Shown here: positions 38,948 to 48,737 of the stretch, one piece after another
Numbering within the stretch: the stretch's first letter is position 1
Layout: the number at the start of each line of letters is the position of its first letter
Assembly (NCBI GenBank): GCA_964430995.1
Contig: CAYSIG010000032.1
Coordinates: 1,743 to 65,742 of the forward strand
Direction: 5' to 3'
Source: an uncultured Flavipsychrobacter sp.
GTDB lineage: Bacteria; Bacteroidota; Bacteroidia; Chitinophagales; Chitinophagaceae
Length of the DNA: 64,000 bases
The notes under the pieces: model-generated
Seen by the model: the letters and a program-made list of their open reading frames with translations, nothing else
The model's database searches: none
What the model was told of the DNA's origin: nothing
Made by a program: the position numbers and the translations under genes

Positions 38948-39607
38948 TCAGAACAAATAGATAAGACGGAAATTGAACAGGTTGTTGAACTGCCCTATGT
39001 TGCCATAACCCTGATTTGTGGGTATGCGTTCCGGCGGGCGTATGGACACCATAGAATACTGGAAACGGAGGTTAGCGCGCAATCCCTTATACACCCTCCT
39101 GCCTATACCAAATACATACCCGAAATCGGTGGTATTGAACCGGGCCTTCTCGGGATCAATAACAACAGGCTTATCTGATAGTATCCATTCTTTTGACCTG
39201 ACCAGGCGTGCATAAGACACCCCGGCCTCAAGGTCGATGGTGTACAAAATGGCGTGCAGCGTCAACGGCACCTCGACATAATTTACATTCATGTAGTATT
39301 TGGTGACATAAGTGCCTATAGTGGGCGATTCAAGCACAGCCTCTCCCCTGCTGCCTTTCTGGGCATACTGTATCTCAAGGGTTGCGCCAAATACCGGTGT
39401 AAAATGAGCATACACCCTGCCCCCGAAATTAACACCCACTTTATGGTAGCCAAAGTAGGTATCTCCATCTATCTGGCTGAATACTGCACCAAGCAGAATT
39501 CCGCCTTCAAACAGCTTCGGTTCATCCTCATAATAGTTGGACTGGGCAGGCACACTCAATGCCCCTGCCAGACAGAACAACACCAATAAAGCCCGCCAAC
39601 GAAACAT
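38948..39607 (-). CDS. Outer-membrane beta-barrel (porin-family/PorT-like) protein
   Basis: Signal peptide; SQIDGD.YFGYHK, LEIQYAQKGS, YVEVPL, C-terminal LIYLF. Confidence 0.8.
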   Translation of the reverse strand: MFRWRALLVLFCLAGALSVPAQSNYYEDEPKLFEGGILLGAVFSQIDGDTYFGYHKVGVNFGGRVYAHFTPVFGATLEIQYAQKGSRGEAVLESPTIGTYVTKYYMNVNYVEVPLTLHAILYTIDLEAGVSYARLVRSKEWILSDKPVVIDPEKARFNTTDFGYVFGIGRRVYKGLRANLRFQYSMVSIRPPERIPTNQGYGNIGQFNNLFNFRLIYLF

Positions 39608-39761
39608 AACCTTTCAAAAATAAACCATTATACCACTCATTGCCGATAATATTATCGCATTATTATTTCGCTATTAAGTCTGAGGTTCTTCATGTTGTGG
39701 TCATACAGCAAGTATAAATTGCCTCATATTTCATTTCTAACTAAAAAAAACAAGCAATTTT

Positions 39762-39989
39762 ATGGAAAACACATTCACAGAAGAAGAAGTATTGTCATCA
39801 GTTGTAGCTGAAAACGAAACTGAATCAACCGAAAACCAGATTGAGGTTGAAGAATCGTCATCAGAAGACGAAGAAGGCTCAGAAGAAACTGAAGAGGGCA
39901 CTGAAGAAGTAACCGACGAAGTTGAAGAAACAACTGATGAGGTTGAAGAAGCAACAGATGCGGCAACAGAATCAACTGACGCGGAATAA
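39762..39989 (+). CDS. 75-aa hyper-acidic low-complexity protein
   Basis: ATG start after an A-rich leader; 28 Glu plus 5 Asp, no Lys/Arg/His; hairpin 26 nt after the stop. Confidence 0.6.
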   Translation: MENTFTEEEVLSSVVAENETESTENQIEVEESSSEDEEGSEETEEGTEEVTDEVEETTDEVEEATDAATESTDAE

Positions 39990-40015
39990 TTCAGCCAAGG
40001 GTTAACAAAACGTGC

Positions 40016-40038
40016 AATGGCCCCGATTTGGGGCCGTT
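40016..40038. terminator. Hairpin between the acidic ORF and the convergent GNAT gene
   Basis: AATGGCCCC-GATTT-GGGGCCGTT. Confidence 0.6.
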
Positions 40039-40043
40039 CTGCG

Positions 40044-40532
40044 TTACAGCCATTTTTCATACACCAGCCGGGTGACCGTATAGCCCTCACTTTCCATAAA
40101 GGAACGAGCACGGGTATTGTTGACCCTGGCAAACCTACAGATGCGCCTTACCCCCTTTTCAATGTATATTTTTTCCAACTCTTTATTCAGCCGGCGATAG
40201 ATGCCCTGCCCCCTCGCCTCTTTGGCCACATACCCATCAGACACGTAGAGTTCCTTTCCCAAATACACTTCTATCCTGCTGTCATCCTGGCCTTCCACAT
40301 AGCCGAAAATAAAACCGGTGGGCACTTCATCCAGGTAAGCAACAAGGCAGGTGCCATCACGCTCCTGCTGCATTTTGATAACATGACGCATATAGCTATC
40401 CTCAATATCGGACCACGAAGCTGTTTTATCAAACAGGCTATGTTCATGCAAATGCAACTGGTGCATCATGGCAGATATATCCTTGTATTGCTCAGCAATA
40501 TTTACCGGCTTAACTATTATTTGCGTTTCCAT
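40044..40532 (-). CDS. GNAT N-acetyltransferase
   Basis: LYVSDGYVAKEARGQGIY acetyl-CoA motif; NTRARSFMESEGY. Confidence 0.85.
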   Translation of the reverse strand: METQIIVKPVNIAEQYKDISAMMHQLHLHEHSLFDKTASWSDIEDSYMRHVIKMQQERDGTCLVAYLDEVPTGFIFGYVEGQDDSRIEVYLGKELYVSDGYVAKEARGQGIYRRLNKELEKIYIEKGVRRICRFARVNNTRARSFMESEGYTVTRLVYEKWL

Positions 40533-40605
40533 CTTACCAAAAGTATAAAGTAATGATGGGAAATGTGCCGTCTTTTTATATATTGTGCTTACATTTTATT
40601 TAACT

Positions 40606-41523
40606 ATGAAAAATAGATTATTGCTTATCGTGTCCTGTATACTGACAATAAACCATACGGCTTTTGCTCAGAATTTCGATCCCCAGAACCTAAAAAAAGA
40701 TCTAGAACTGACTGTAGCCCCCTATATGGCCAAGGTGGGCATAGCGCTTATGGACATTGAAGATAAAAGCACTGTGCTGGTAAACAATAACCACCGATAC
40801 CCGATGCAGAGTGTATATAAATTTCCATTGGCCATCTACATACTGGATAAAGTGGATAAGGGCGAGCTTTCGTTGACTAAAAATGTACATGTAAGGCAAG
40901 AACAACTACGGACGGATACATGGAGCCCACTTGCCAAAAAATTTGCAGGGAGGGATATAAATGTTACCGTAGCAGAGCTACTGAACTATGCAGTTTCCAA
41001 AAGCGACAACAATGCATGTGATATACTGTTTGAACTGGCAGGGGGCACACGGTATGTACATCAGTATTTTCAGGGCCTGAATATCAAAGACATGGTTATA
41101 AGCGCAACAGAAGCAGAAATGCATAGCAGCTGGCCTGTACAGTACAATAACTGGTGCCAGCCTTCGGCTATGCTGGAAATATTAAGATTGTTTTATGAGG
41201 GTAGGTTATTATCGGAAAACAATACCAAGTATCTGATGAGGTTAATGGTAAAGAGCGAAAACTCAACCAAAAGAATAATGGGGAAATTGCCTGCAGGCAC
41301 CATTGTAGCGCATAAGACCGGCACATCGGTCGCGAATGAAAAAGGAATAACCGCCGCTACTAATGATGTGGGCATCATCACATTGCCAAACGGCCACCAC
41401 CTGGCGATAGTGGTATATGTATCTGACTATACCGGCGGATATGAACAGGGAGAACAAATAATAGCATCAGTAGCAAAGTGCGCGTGGGACCACTATACAG
41501 GGAAAATAAATACAATAAAATAA
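40606..41523 (+). CDS. Class A beta-lactamase, subclass A2-like
   Basis: YPMQSVYK (SxxK), SDN loop SKSDNNACD, ATEAEMH (Glu166 region), HKTGTS, NDVGIITLPNG; signal peptide from ATG 40606. Confidence 0.92.
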   Translation: MKNRLLLIVSCILTINHTAFAQNFDPQNLKKDLELTVAPYMAKVGIALMDIEDKSTVLVNNNHRYPMQSVYKFPLAIYILDKVDKGELSLTKNVHVRQEQLRTDTWSPLAKKFAGRDINVTVAELLNYAVSKSDNNACDILFELAGGTRYVHQYFQGLNIKDMVISATEAEMHSSWPVQYNNWCQPSAMLEILRLFYEGRLLSENNTKYLMRLMVKSENSTKRIMGKLPAGTIVAHKTGTSVANEKGITAATNDVGIITLPNGHHLAIVVYVSDYTGGYEQGEQIIASVAKCAWDHYTGKINTIK

Positions 41524-41604
41524 CATCTTACAATCGCTTTTTGCATTTTAGTATCTTAGCGGCGTTTTTCACTTACCACTAATTACTTACTACTTACGAT
41601 CATT

Positions 41605-42324
41605 ATGCGTGTTCAGTTATTCATACCATGTTTTGTTGACCAGCTATATCCCGATACAGGGATGAATATGGTGAAGGTGCTGGAGAAACTGGGATGCGAG
41701 GTAACGTATAACACGAAACAAACCTGCTGCGGACAACCGGCGTTCAATGCCGGCTACCGCGAAGAGGCAAAATATGTGGCTACAAAGTTCCTTCAGGATT
41801 TTAAGGAAGATGAATATATAGTAGGGCCGAGCGGCTCATGCACCGGCTATGTACGCAACTATTATGATAAAATGTTTGCCGATAGCTCCGACCATAACAT
41901 ATGCAGCCGTGTAAAGGAAAATATGTATGAGTTCACGGAATTCCTTACCAAAGTATTAAAAGTGGACAACATAGGCGCCACTCTGGAAGGCAGGGCCACC
42001 TACCATGATGCCTGCGGGGCGCTGCGTGAATGCGGTATTAAAGATGGCCCGCGCCAACTGCTAAAAAATGTGAAAGGGCTGGAGATGGTAGAAATGAAAG
42101 AATGTGAAACATGCTGCGGCTTTGGCGGTACATTTGCGGTCAAGTTCGAGCCCATATCGCTGGGCATGGCGCAGGTAAAAGTGAAGAGCGCGCTGGACAC
42201 CGGAGCACAGTATATGATAACCACCGACGTATCGTGCATGATGCACATACAGGGCTATATCAACGAAAATAAACTACCTATACAAACTATGCACATAGCA
42301 GACGTTTTAGCGAGTGGCTGGTAA
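41605..42324 (+). CDS. LutA/YkgE-like CCG-domain Fe-S protein
   Basis: LFIPCFVDQLYP, QTCCGQPAFNAG, YHDACGALRE, CCGFGGTFAVK, DVSCMMHI. Confidence 0.9.
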   Translation: MRVQLFIPCFVDQLYPDTGMNMVKVLEKLGCEVTYNTKQTCCGQPAFNAGYREEAKYVATKFLQDFKEDEYIVGPSGSCTGYVRNYYDKMFADSSDHNICSRVKENMYEFTEFLTKVLKVDNIGATLEGRATYHDACGALRECGIKDGPRQLLKNVKGLEMVEMKECETCCGFGGTFAVKFEPISLGMAQVKVKSALDTGAQYMITTDVSCMMHIQGYINENKLPIQTMHIADVLASGW

Positions 42325-42358
42325 CACCTGAATGACATTCAAAATTTTCAAAGAATAA

Positions 42359-44254
42359 ATGGCAACCGAACAAAATCAATATAACGAAGACAGTATAAAA
42401 TCGCTGGACTGGCGGGAGCACATCCGCCTGAGGCCTGGGATGTATATAGGCAAACTGGGCGACGGAAGCAGTGTAGACGACGGCATATACGTGCTGGTGA
42501 AAGAGGTAATGGACAACTGTATCGATGAATTTGCCATGGGCCAGGGCAAGCGCATAGAACTGACGATAGCTGATGGAGGGGTAACAGTGCGCGACTATGG
42601 CCGCGGCATTCCGCTGGGAAAGGTAGTGGATGTAGTGAGCAAGATAAATACCGGAGCCAAGTATGACAGCAAGGCGTTCCAGAAGTCGGTGGGGCTGAAT
42701 GGCGTGGGTACAAAGGCCGTGAACGCATTGAGTAAATACTTCAAAGTATCCTCATTCCGGGATGGCAGGGCAAAAGTAGCCGAATTTGAAAGAGGAATAC
42801 TGACCAAGGAGCATAAGGAAACTAACACCACCGAGGCAAACGGAACCCTGGTAGAGTTCAGGCCCGATGAAACGGTATTTAAGCACTACCACTTTCTGCA
42901 TGAGTACCTGGAAAACCAGGTGTGGAACTATTGCTTCCTGAATGCAGGGCTGACCATACATTTCAATGGCCGCAACTACATATCGAGAAATGGCTTGCTG
43001 GACCTGCTTACCCGTAAAACCAACCCTGACAACCTGCGCTACCCCATCATTCACCTGAAGGGCGAGGATATAGAAGTGGCCATTACGCATACCGGGGATT
43101 ATGGCGAAGACATCTACTCCTTTGTAAATGGCCAGCACACCACACAGGGCGGCACCCACCAGGGTGCATTCCGCGAGGCATTTGTGAAGACCATACGCGA
43201 CTTTTACAAAAAAGATTATGAGGCATCGGATGTGCGGCAGAGCATATGCGCGGCCATATCTGTTCGTGTGCAGGAGCCGGTGTTTGAGTCGCAGACAAAA
43301 ACCAAGCTTGGCTCACAGTATGTGTGGGAGGGCGGCCCATCAATGAAAGCATTTGTGGCCGATTTCCTGGGCAAGTACCTGGACGACTTCCTGCACAAGA
43401 ACCCCTCAGTGGCCGATATGCTGAAGAAGCGTATAGAGCAGAGCGAGCGAGAGCGCAAAGAGCTATCGGGTATTCGCAAGCTGGCAAATGAGCGGGCGAA
43501 GAAGGCCAACCTGCACAATAAGAAACTGCGCGACTGCCGTATACACCTCAATGACGAGCCGCCGACAAAGGGACGCGATGCGTACAACCAGAAGCAACTG
43601 GAATCGACTATCTTCATTACGGAGGGCGACTCGGCTAGTGGCAGCATCACCAAGAGCCGCAGTGTGGAGACACAGGCTGTGTTCAGCCTGAGGGGAAAGC
43701 CGCTGAACTGCTACGGACTGACGAAGAAAGTAGTGTATGAGAATGAAGAATTCAACCTGCTGCAGCACGCACTGAATATAGAAGAAGGGCTGGAAGGGCT
43801 GCGGTACAACAATATAGTGATAGCCACCGATGCCGATGTGGACGGCATGCACATACGTCTGCTCATCATGACGTTCTTCCTGCAATTCTTCCCCGACCTG
43901 GTGCGCGGCAACCACATACACATACTACAGACACCACTCTTCAGGGTGCGAAACAAGCAGAAGACCATATACTGCTACAGCGATGAAGAACGCCAACGGG
44001 CCATTGCGGAAATAGGCACCAAGGCAGAGATAACACGCTTCAAAGGACTGGGAGAAATAAGCCCCGAAGAATTTCAACAGTTTATAGGCGATGATATCCG
44101 CAAAGACCCTGTACTGCTAAGCCAGGACGCGCAGATACAAAAGCTGCTGGAATACTACATGGGCAAAAACACACCCGACAGGCAGGTGTTCATCATCAAC
44201 AACCTGAGGGTGGAGAAAGACCTGGCCGAGGAGCTGGGAGTAGAAGTGGGGTAA
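42359..44254 (+). CDS. parE: DNA topoisomerase IV subunit B
   Basis: [69 protein letters not shown]; Bacteroidota ParE type. Confidence 0.93.
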   Translation: MATEQNQYNEDSIKSLDWREHIRLRPGMYIGKLGDGSSVDDGIYVLVKEVMDNCIDEFAMGQGKRIELTIADGGVTVRDYGRGIPLGKVVDVVSKINTGAKYDSKAFQKSVGLNGVGTKAVNALSKYFKVSSFRDGRAKVAEFERGILTKEHKETNTTEANGTLVEFRPDETVFKHYHFLHEYLENQVWNYCFLNAGLTIHFNGRNYISRNGLLDLLTRKTNPDNLRYPIIHLKGEDIEVAITHTGDYGEDIYSFVNGQHTTQGGTHQGAFREAFVKTIRDFYKKDYEASDVRQSICAAISVRVQEPVFESQTKTKLGSQYVWEGGPSMKAFVADFLGKYLDDFLHKNPSVADMLKKRIEQSERERKELSGIRKLANERAKKANLHNKKLRDCRIHLNDEPPTKGRDAYNQKQLESTIFITEGDSASGSITKSRSVETQAVFSLRGKPLNCYGLTKKVVYENEEFNLLQHALNIEEGLEGLRYNNIVIATDADVDGMHIRLLIMTFFLQFFPDLVRGNHIHILQTPLFRVRNKQKTIYCYSDEERQRAIAEIGTKAEITRFKGLGEISPEEFQQFIGDDIRKDPVLLSQDAQIQKLLEYYMGKNTPDRQVFIINNLRVEKDLAEELGVEVG

Positions 44255-44291
44255 AAGATATTTATGCATAACGCAGACTAAAACACAAATA

Positions 44292-44765
44292 ATGAAAACA
44301 ACGCTCAAAACAAACAAAGGGGATATAGTTATAGAACTGTTTGAACAGGAAACTCCCGCTACTGTGGAGAATTTTGTAAAGCTGGCCAAGAGCGGCTTTT
44401 ACAACGGGGTGAAATTTCACCGGGTGATAAAGGATTTTATGATACAGGGCGGCGACCCCCTGACCAAGGAAGATGATAAGGCGCATATGTGGGGCACAGG
44501 CGGGCCTGGATATAAATTCAATGATGAGATAACGGCACAAAACAGAAATGCCGCAGGCACCATATCTATGGCCAATGCAGGACCGAATACAAATGGCAGC
44601 CAGTTTTTCATTAATCTGCGCGACAACCACTTCCTGAATCCTATGCATACCGTATTTGGACGCGTAACTGAAGGAATAGACGTAGTAGCTGCTATAGGCA
44701 CAGTGGCTACAAACGCCAGCGACAGGCCGATAGAGGCGGTGGTGATAAATAGCGTGGAGGTGTAA
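44292..44765 (+). CDS. Cyclophilin-type peptidyl-prolyl isomerase
   Basis: FHRVIKDFMIQGGDP...GTGGPGY...SMANAGPNTNGSQFFI...HTVFGRV. Confidence 0.95.
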   Translation: MKTTLKTNKGDIVIELFEQETPATVENFVKLAKSGFYNGVKFHRVIKDFMIQGGDPLTKEDDKAHMWGTGGPGYKFNDEITAQNRNAAGTISMANAGPNTNGSQFFINLRDNHFLNPMHTVFGRVTEGIDVVAAIGTVATNASDRPIEAVVINSVEV

Positions 44766-44800
44766 AACACTTCAAAGGACAATGCTAACACTTAGAAGAT

Positions 44801-45157
44801 TTACGAATTCCATTCGGCAGGAAAATGGGTAATAAAACCAATACCCCAGAACATAAGTAGCAGGTTAAAGAGAGTACCGAATATTATGGCTGAATAGAAA
44901 AGTAGTTCCTGCGCGTATTTGTTATGCCTATGATTGTATATGATACATGAAATGAAATAAGACATGTAAATATAGGGTAGCAGGCTACTACCATCATCGT
45001 CAAAATATTCGCTATTAACCCCAAAGCCTAGGAACAAAAGTGTGTGCATGGTAGGAATAATATAGGCTCCATACCGTATCCTGTGTATGAAAAAGCTGCA
45101 CAGCAGAAAATTGACTACCGGAAACAGAAAACTGGCGCTAATATAGAATCGCAACAT
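44801..45157 (-). CDS. Hypothetical AT-rich membrane protein
   Basis: 118-aa ORF with 3-4 hydrophobic segments; no motif recognised. Confidence 0.45.
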   Translation of the reverse strand: MLRFYISASFLFPVVNFLLCSFFIHRIRYGAYIIPTMHTLLFLGFGVNSEYFDDDGSSLLPYIYMSYFISCIIYNHRHNKYAQELLFYSAIIFGTLFNLLLMFWGIGFITHFPAEWNS

Positions 45158-45263
45158 TATTTACCGAATGATGGAGAACAACCTAGAAAACGGATGAGGT
45201 CGGTTATTATTGTATTCAACAAAATAGCTGTTCTTCACATTTGCAATTTGTCATTATATTTAC

Positions 45264-45632
45264 ATGTATAAATTACCCGCTCTTATGCGAAAGCTCATCA
45301 TTTTAGCTTTTTCAATTATGCCCCATATGCTGTTTGCCCAAATCAGTGCTGACAAATTTGTGGGAGACTGGAAACCGGCAAATAATTCCGACGATAAGAT
45401 CAGGAATATCAGCATCAAGAAAGTACACGACAATTACTATCTGAGCTATAATACACTACAGGCAGCAAAGGAAGATAAATTCACGGCGGAATCGGTTGAA
45501 TTCGGCACGCAAACCTTTAAGTTAAGAAACGGCTATTTGTGGGATGAAGAGCATAAAGAAAAGGTTGTACTGAATGACGCATCGGGCCAAATTCAATGGC
45601 GGCGCAAGGAGTGGCAAAAAGCCAACCAATAG
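45264..45632 (+). CDS. Hypothetical exported protein (lipocalin-like start)
   Basis: Signal peptide (MRKLIILAFS...LFAQ) followed by DKFVGDW. Confidence 0.65.
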   Translation: MYKLPALMRKLIILAFSIMPHMLFAQISADKFVGDWKPANNSDDKIRNISIKKVHDNYYLSYNTLQAAKEDKFTAESVEFGTQTFKLRNGYLWDEEHKEKVVLNDASGQIQWRRKEWQKANQ

Positions 45633-45756
45633 CAATCCACTTCTCCCTTTTTAAAACTGACTATCATCAGTTTTATGGCTGACGGGCATCATATACCACG
45701 AACAGAGGCTATTTTACTTTTACTGTTATCATTTCAGCAGCAGTAAAGCGGTATAT

Positions 45757-46071
45757 ATGGGACACATGCATCATGAGAATAAAGAGATACAGGCCATAAG
45801 AAGGTCTTTTCTTGAACTGGATGAGCATCTTAGCGCTGCAAGTGAGCAATTGCGGGCGTACCTGAATACCCTGCACGGGGACGACCTCATCGCCGGATTA
45901 AAGGAATTGGAGCTATCTGACCTGAGCATGAAACTGGTATATGCATGGTTCTCGCTGACTAAAGAAGATCATAATATCAGCAAGGCAATTAAACACATCA
46001 AAAAAGAAAGAGGCATACGCCATAGCTTTGACGATGATACCATCGACCACCTGAACTACACTTCTCTTTAG
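45757..46071 (+). CDS. Hypothetical helical protein
   Basis: 104-aa ATG-started ORF filling the gap, amphipathic-helix composition. Confidence 0.6.
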   Translation: MGHMHHENKEIQAIRRSFLELDEHLSAASEQLRAYLNTLHGDDLIAGLKELELSDLSMKLVYAWFSLTKEDHNISKAIKHIKKERGIRHSFDDDTIDHLNYTSL

Positions 46072-46082
46072 CGATATATGGC

Positions 46083-46295
46083 TTAGCTCACATGCTCATC
46101 ATTCTTCATTACATCCCTCGTTGTGCGTATCAGACCAATACCAGACACGAAAAATATAAGCCCCAGCACGAGGCAGGCTATTATTATCTTAATATTGGAA
46201 GCGCCATTACCATGACTTATAAAATTATATCCACCCACTATTAGTGCTATTACCCCCAAAATAATAAGTATCATACCAATGACCCTTTTTTCCAT
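46083..46295 (-). CDS. Small two-TM membrane protein
   Basis: MEKRVIGMILIILGVIALIVGGY...CLVLGLIFFVSGIGLIRTTRD; likely start ATG 46295. Confidence 0.75.
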   Translation of the reverse strand: MEKRVIGMILIILGVIALIVGGYNFISHGNGASNIKIIIACLVLGLIFFVSGIGLIRTTRDVMKNDEHVS

Positions 46296-46402
46296 ACCTG
46301 TACGTTTAGGCATGCAAGTTCGCACGAGCATAACTGAGGACATTACATCCTGGTAGTAATAATTTGTAAAATTCACACTTAATTAATCATTGAGCGAAGA
46401 AC

Positions 46403-46873
46403 TCACCCCAGTTTCTCCCAATTATGCAGTTCGGCGTCGGGGCAGTTTTCCATAACAGGCATTGCCTTGGTTTCCACAAGGGTACTGCAATTGCGGCAAA
46501 GATACTTCTGTGTGCCTACCTCAGCTATCTGTGTCCATGAATGATCTACTGCCCTGAAACAATCAGCTGAATTCGGGGGTATTGTTTTTCTGATGGTCAC
46601 TTTGCAATTCTTGCACTGGTACCAGTATTTGGGGTTATTGAAATCTTCCTTTTTGGCATCTTTATTTGCCTGCACCTCTTTATCGTATGCCTTCTGTGCC
46701 TTAGCCTCGTATATTTTACGGATTACAATAATAAAGACAATAAGACCTACTACGAACAGGATGGCACCCATGTCTACGTTGCTTTTGGCCTCCGGCGAAG
46801 GAGCGGGTTCCTCCTGAGCAAAAACATGAGCAGCCATGAATAGAGCGCCTAACAGGAATGATATTTTTTTCAT
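46403..46873 (-). CDS. Membrane-anchored protein with two C-x2-C-x14-C-x5-H-x-W repeats
   Basis: Signal peptide, one TM, then QCKNC...DCFRAVDHSW and LCRNC...NCPDAELHNW with identical spacing. Confidence 0.8.
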   Translation of the reverse strand: MKKISFLLGALFMAAHVFAQEEPAPSPEAKSNVDMGAILFVVGLIVFIIVIRKIYEAKAQKAYDKEVQANKDAKKEDFNNPKYWYQCKNCKVTIRKTIPPNSADCFRAVDHSWTQIAEVGTQKYLCRNCSTLVETKAMPVMENCPDAELHNWEKLG

Positions 46874-46996
46874 TTGTGTACGTACTTAATAGGAAATAAA
46901 CATACAACCAATTTTGAAAAAATAATAATCGGCAATAAAAAAAACCATGCTGATATAGGACCAAACGCCTCAGGTGACAAATATATAACTGAGATC

Positions 46997-48133
46997 TTAT
47001 AAGCCTATCCCTATGCCAAATTCGGCATACTCGGCCACAGCCATATGGGTGACCAGCATTGCTGAAACAAAGAGCTCCTTCAGCAGCCCGTCTTCGCGTT
47101 GAATAAGGTATAAATTGCCCCCAAGTTTCTCGTTAAAAGGATCATTGCCATAGGTATGGAAAGTGGTACGGTAGTAATACCCCACCTGGGTAACGATGCC
47201 TACCCTGCCAACAAGAAATTCATTGCCCACAAAAAAGGTACCATCCCAGGCATTGCCCATTTCGTGACCAATATGTATGCCCCAGGTTTTATAAAAGGCA
47301 TAAGTTGGCTCATGGTAGGCATAATCTATACCGGCGAACATTTTGTTCTTACCCCAATAGCGCCGGCTTGCATATCCCGATATGATGTAATTGGGCAGAT
47401 GCGGGTTACCCGTTGCGTTTGCCTTGTTGAACCCGACCCCGACCCTAACCTGCGCCAGCCAGCGGTCGCGGAGCCTTGGCAGGTCCCTGACAATTTTTTG
47501 AGGCCGATAACTATGCGGAAAATACTGTATCCCTACGTGCCCGCCCACCATGTTAATGCCAAGGTTGGGCGGCTGAAAGAAGCCATTGGAGATGTGCGTG
47601 AAATTGACACCACACTGTATCTGCCAATGGTCATCTGCATGATAACGGAGATCGGTCATGAAAATCGCGAAATCATTTAGATTGGAGCCTATGGCAGTAT
47701 TGACTGTATCAGCCGGCGACCGTTGCGCATACCTGCGCGTAACATAGCCTATCCCATCACCTATGCGGCAAGTCCATTCCAGCTTCTTGCCACGCACCAG
47801 CGGAATCTGAATATTCGGATAAATGCCCACGCAGTGGCCAAAAATCTGGTCGTTGCCGTAATCGGTGAGTGTCATCCCTACGCCTACCTGCGGAAAGCGT
47901 CTCCGCTGATGCCATTCTTTTTTTCCATAGGTCTGCCAGACAAAATTCACATCCACAGCAGCCGAAGAACGTGGTATGGGCGCGGTGAACTTAACGGTAT
48001 GTTTAACTATCCTTCCGGCCAGCATATTTACCTCCACCCCAAGGCCTTTCAGCGAACTGTCTTTTTGCGCATATACTGCATAGGGCAGGAGCAAAAGCAA
48101 TAAATACCGAACCGGTCTTAAGGTCATACGCAA
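46997..48133 (-). CDS. PagL-like acyloxyacyl hydrolase family outer-membrane protein, copy 1
   Basis: Signal peptide; THISNG (H-x-S-N catalytic motif); PNLGINM; C-terminal EFGIGIGL strand. Confidence 0.82.
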   Translation of the reverse strand: MRMTLRPVRYLLLLLLPYAVYAQKDSSLKGLGVEVNMLAGRIVKHTVKFTAPIPRSSAAVDVNFVWQTYGKKEWHQRRRFPQVGVGMTLTDYGNDQIFGHCVGIYPNIQIPLVRGKKLEWTCRIGDGIGYVTRRYAQRSPADTVNTAIGSNLNDFAIFMTDLRYHADDHWQIQCGVNFTHISNGFFQPPNLGINMVGGHVGIQYFPHSYRPQKIVRDLPRLRDRWLAQVRVGVGFNKANATGNPHLPNYIISGYASRRYWGKNKMFAGIDYAYHEPTYAFYKTWGIHIGHEMGNAWDGTFFVGNEFLVGRVGIVTQVGYYYRTTFHTYGNDPFNEKLGGNLYLIQREDGLLKELFVSAMLVTHMAVAEYAEFGIGIGL

Positions 48134-48160
48134 GTAAAGCGCCCTGCAAAACAGAGCGTA

Positions 48161-48733
48161 ATGAAGTATAAGATGTGTGGCAAAAGTAATAAACTAGGCG
48201 CACATCCGTTATTTATGTCAATTATGACAGATGAACTCATATACAGGGTTGGCACAATAAATGACCAGCCCCAACTAAAACGACTTGGCCTGCTTGCCTA
48301 TGGCGAATTCTCAAAAAAACTCGCACCAGATAAGTGGGAGGTGATGCGGGCAAATCAGAATGATGACGAAAAACTGCTACAACTTATCAAGATAGCTAAA
48401 GTATTCGTTTGCACTATTGGTGACGTGCTGGTGGGTATGGCCTACCTGGTGCCCCACGGCAACCCTACCAATATATACCCCGCAGAATGGTCTTATATAC
48501 GGCTGGTAGGTGTGGATCCGCAGCACAGAGGGAAAGGGATAGCCAAGACGCTCACACAAAAATGCATAGACCATGCCAGGGCCAGCGGAGAGAAAACAAT
48601 AGCACTGCATACCTCTGAAATAATGGATGCCGCGAGGCACATTTATGAAGGCTTTGGCTTTAAGGCGCTTCGGGAAATTGACAACCCATTCGGGGTAAGG
48701 TACTGGCTATATACTATGGAGCTAACAACCTGA
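48161..48733 (+). CDS. GNAT N-acetyltransferase
   Basis: IRLVGVDPQHRGKGIAK, ALHTSEIMDAARHIYEGFGF; real start probably ATG 48215. Confidence 0.88.
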   Translation: MKYKMCGKSNKLGAHPLFMSIMTDELIYRVGTINDQPQLKRLGLLAYGEFSKKLAPDKWEVMRANQNDDEKLLQLIKIAKVFVCTIGDVLVGMAYLVPHGNPTNIYPAEWSYIRLVGVDPQHRGKGIAKTLTQKCIDHARASGEKTIALHTSEIMDAARHIYEGFGFKALREIDNPFGVRYWLYTMELTT

Positions 48734-48737
48734 CCAG

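Noticed and set aside
41605-44254. Lone lutA-like gene, and parE without adjacent parC
   Set aside because: Split arrangements like these are plausible in Bacteroidota and the partners may lie elsewhere; nothing unusual is visible in the sequences.
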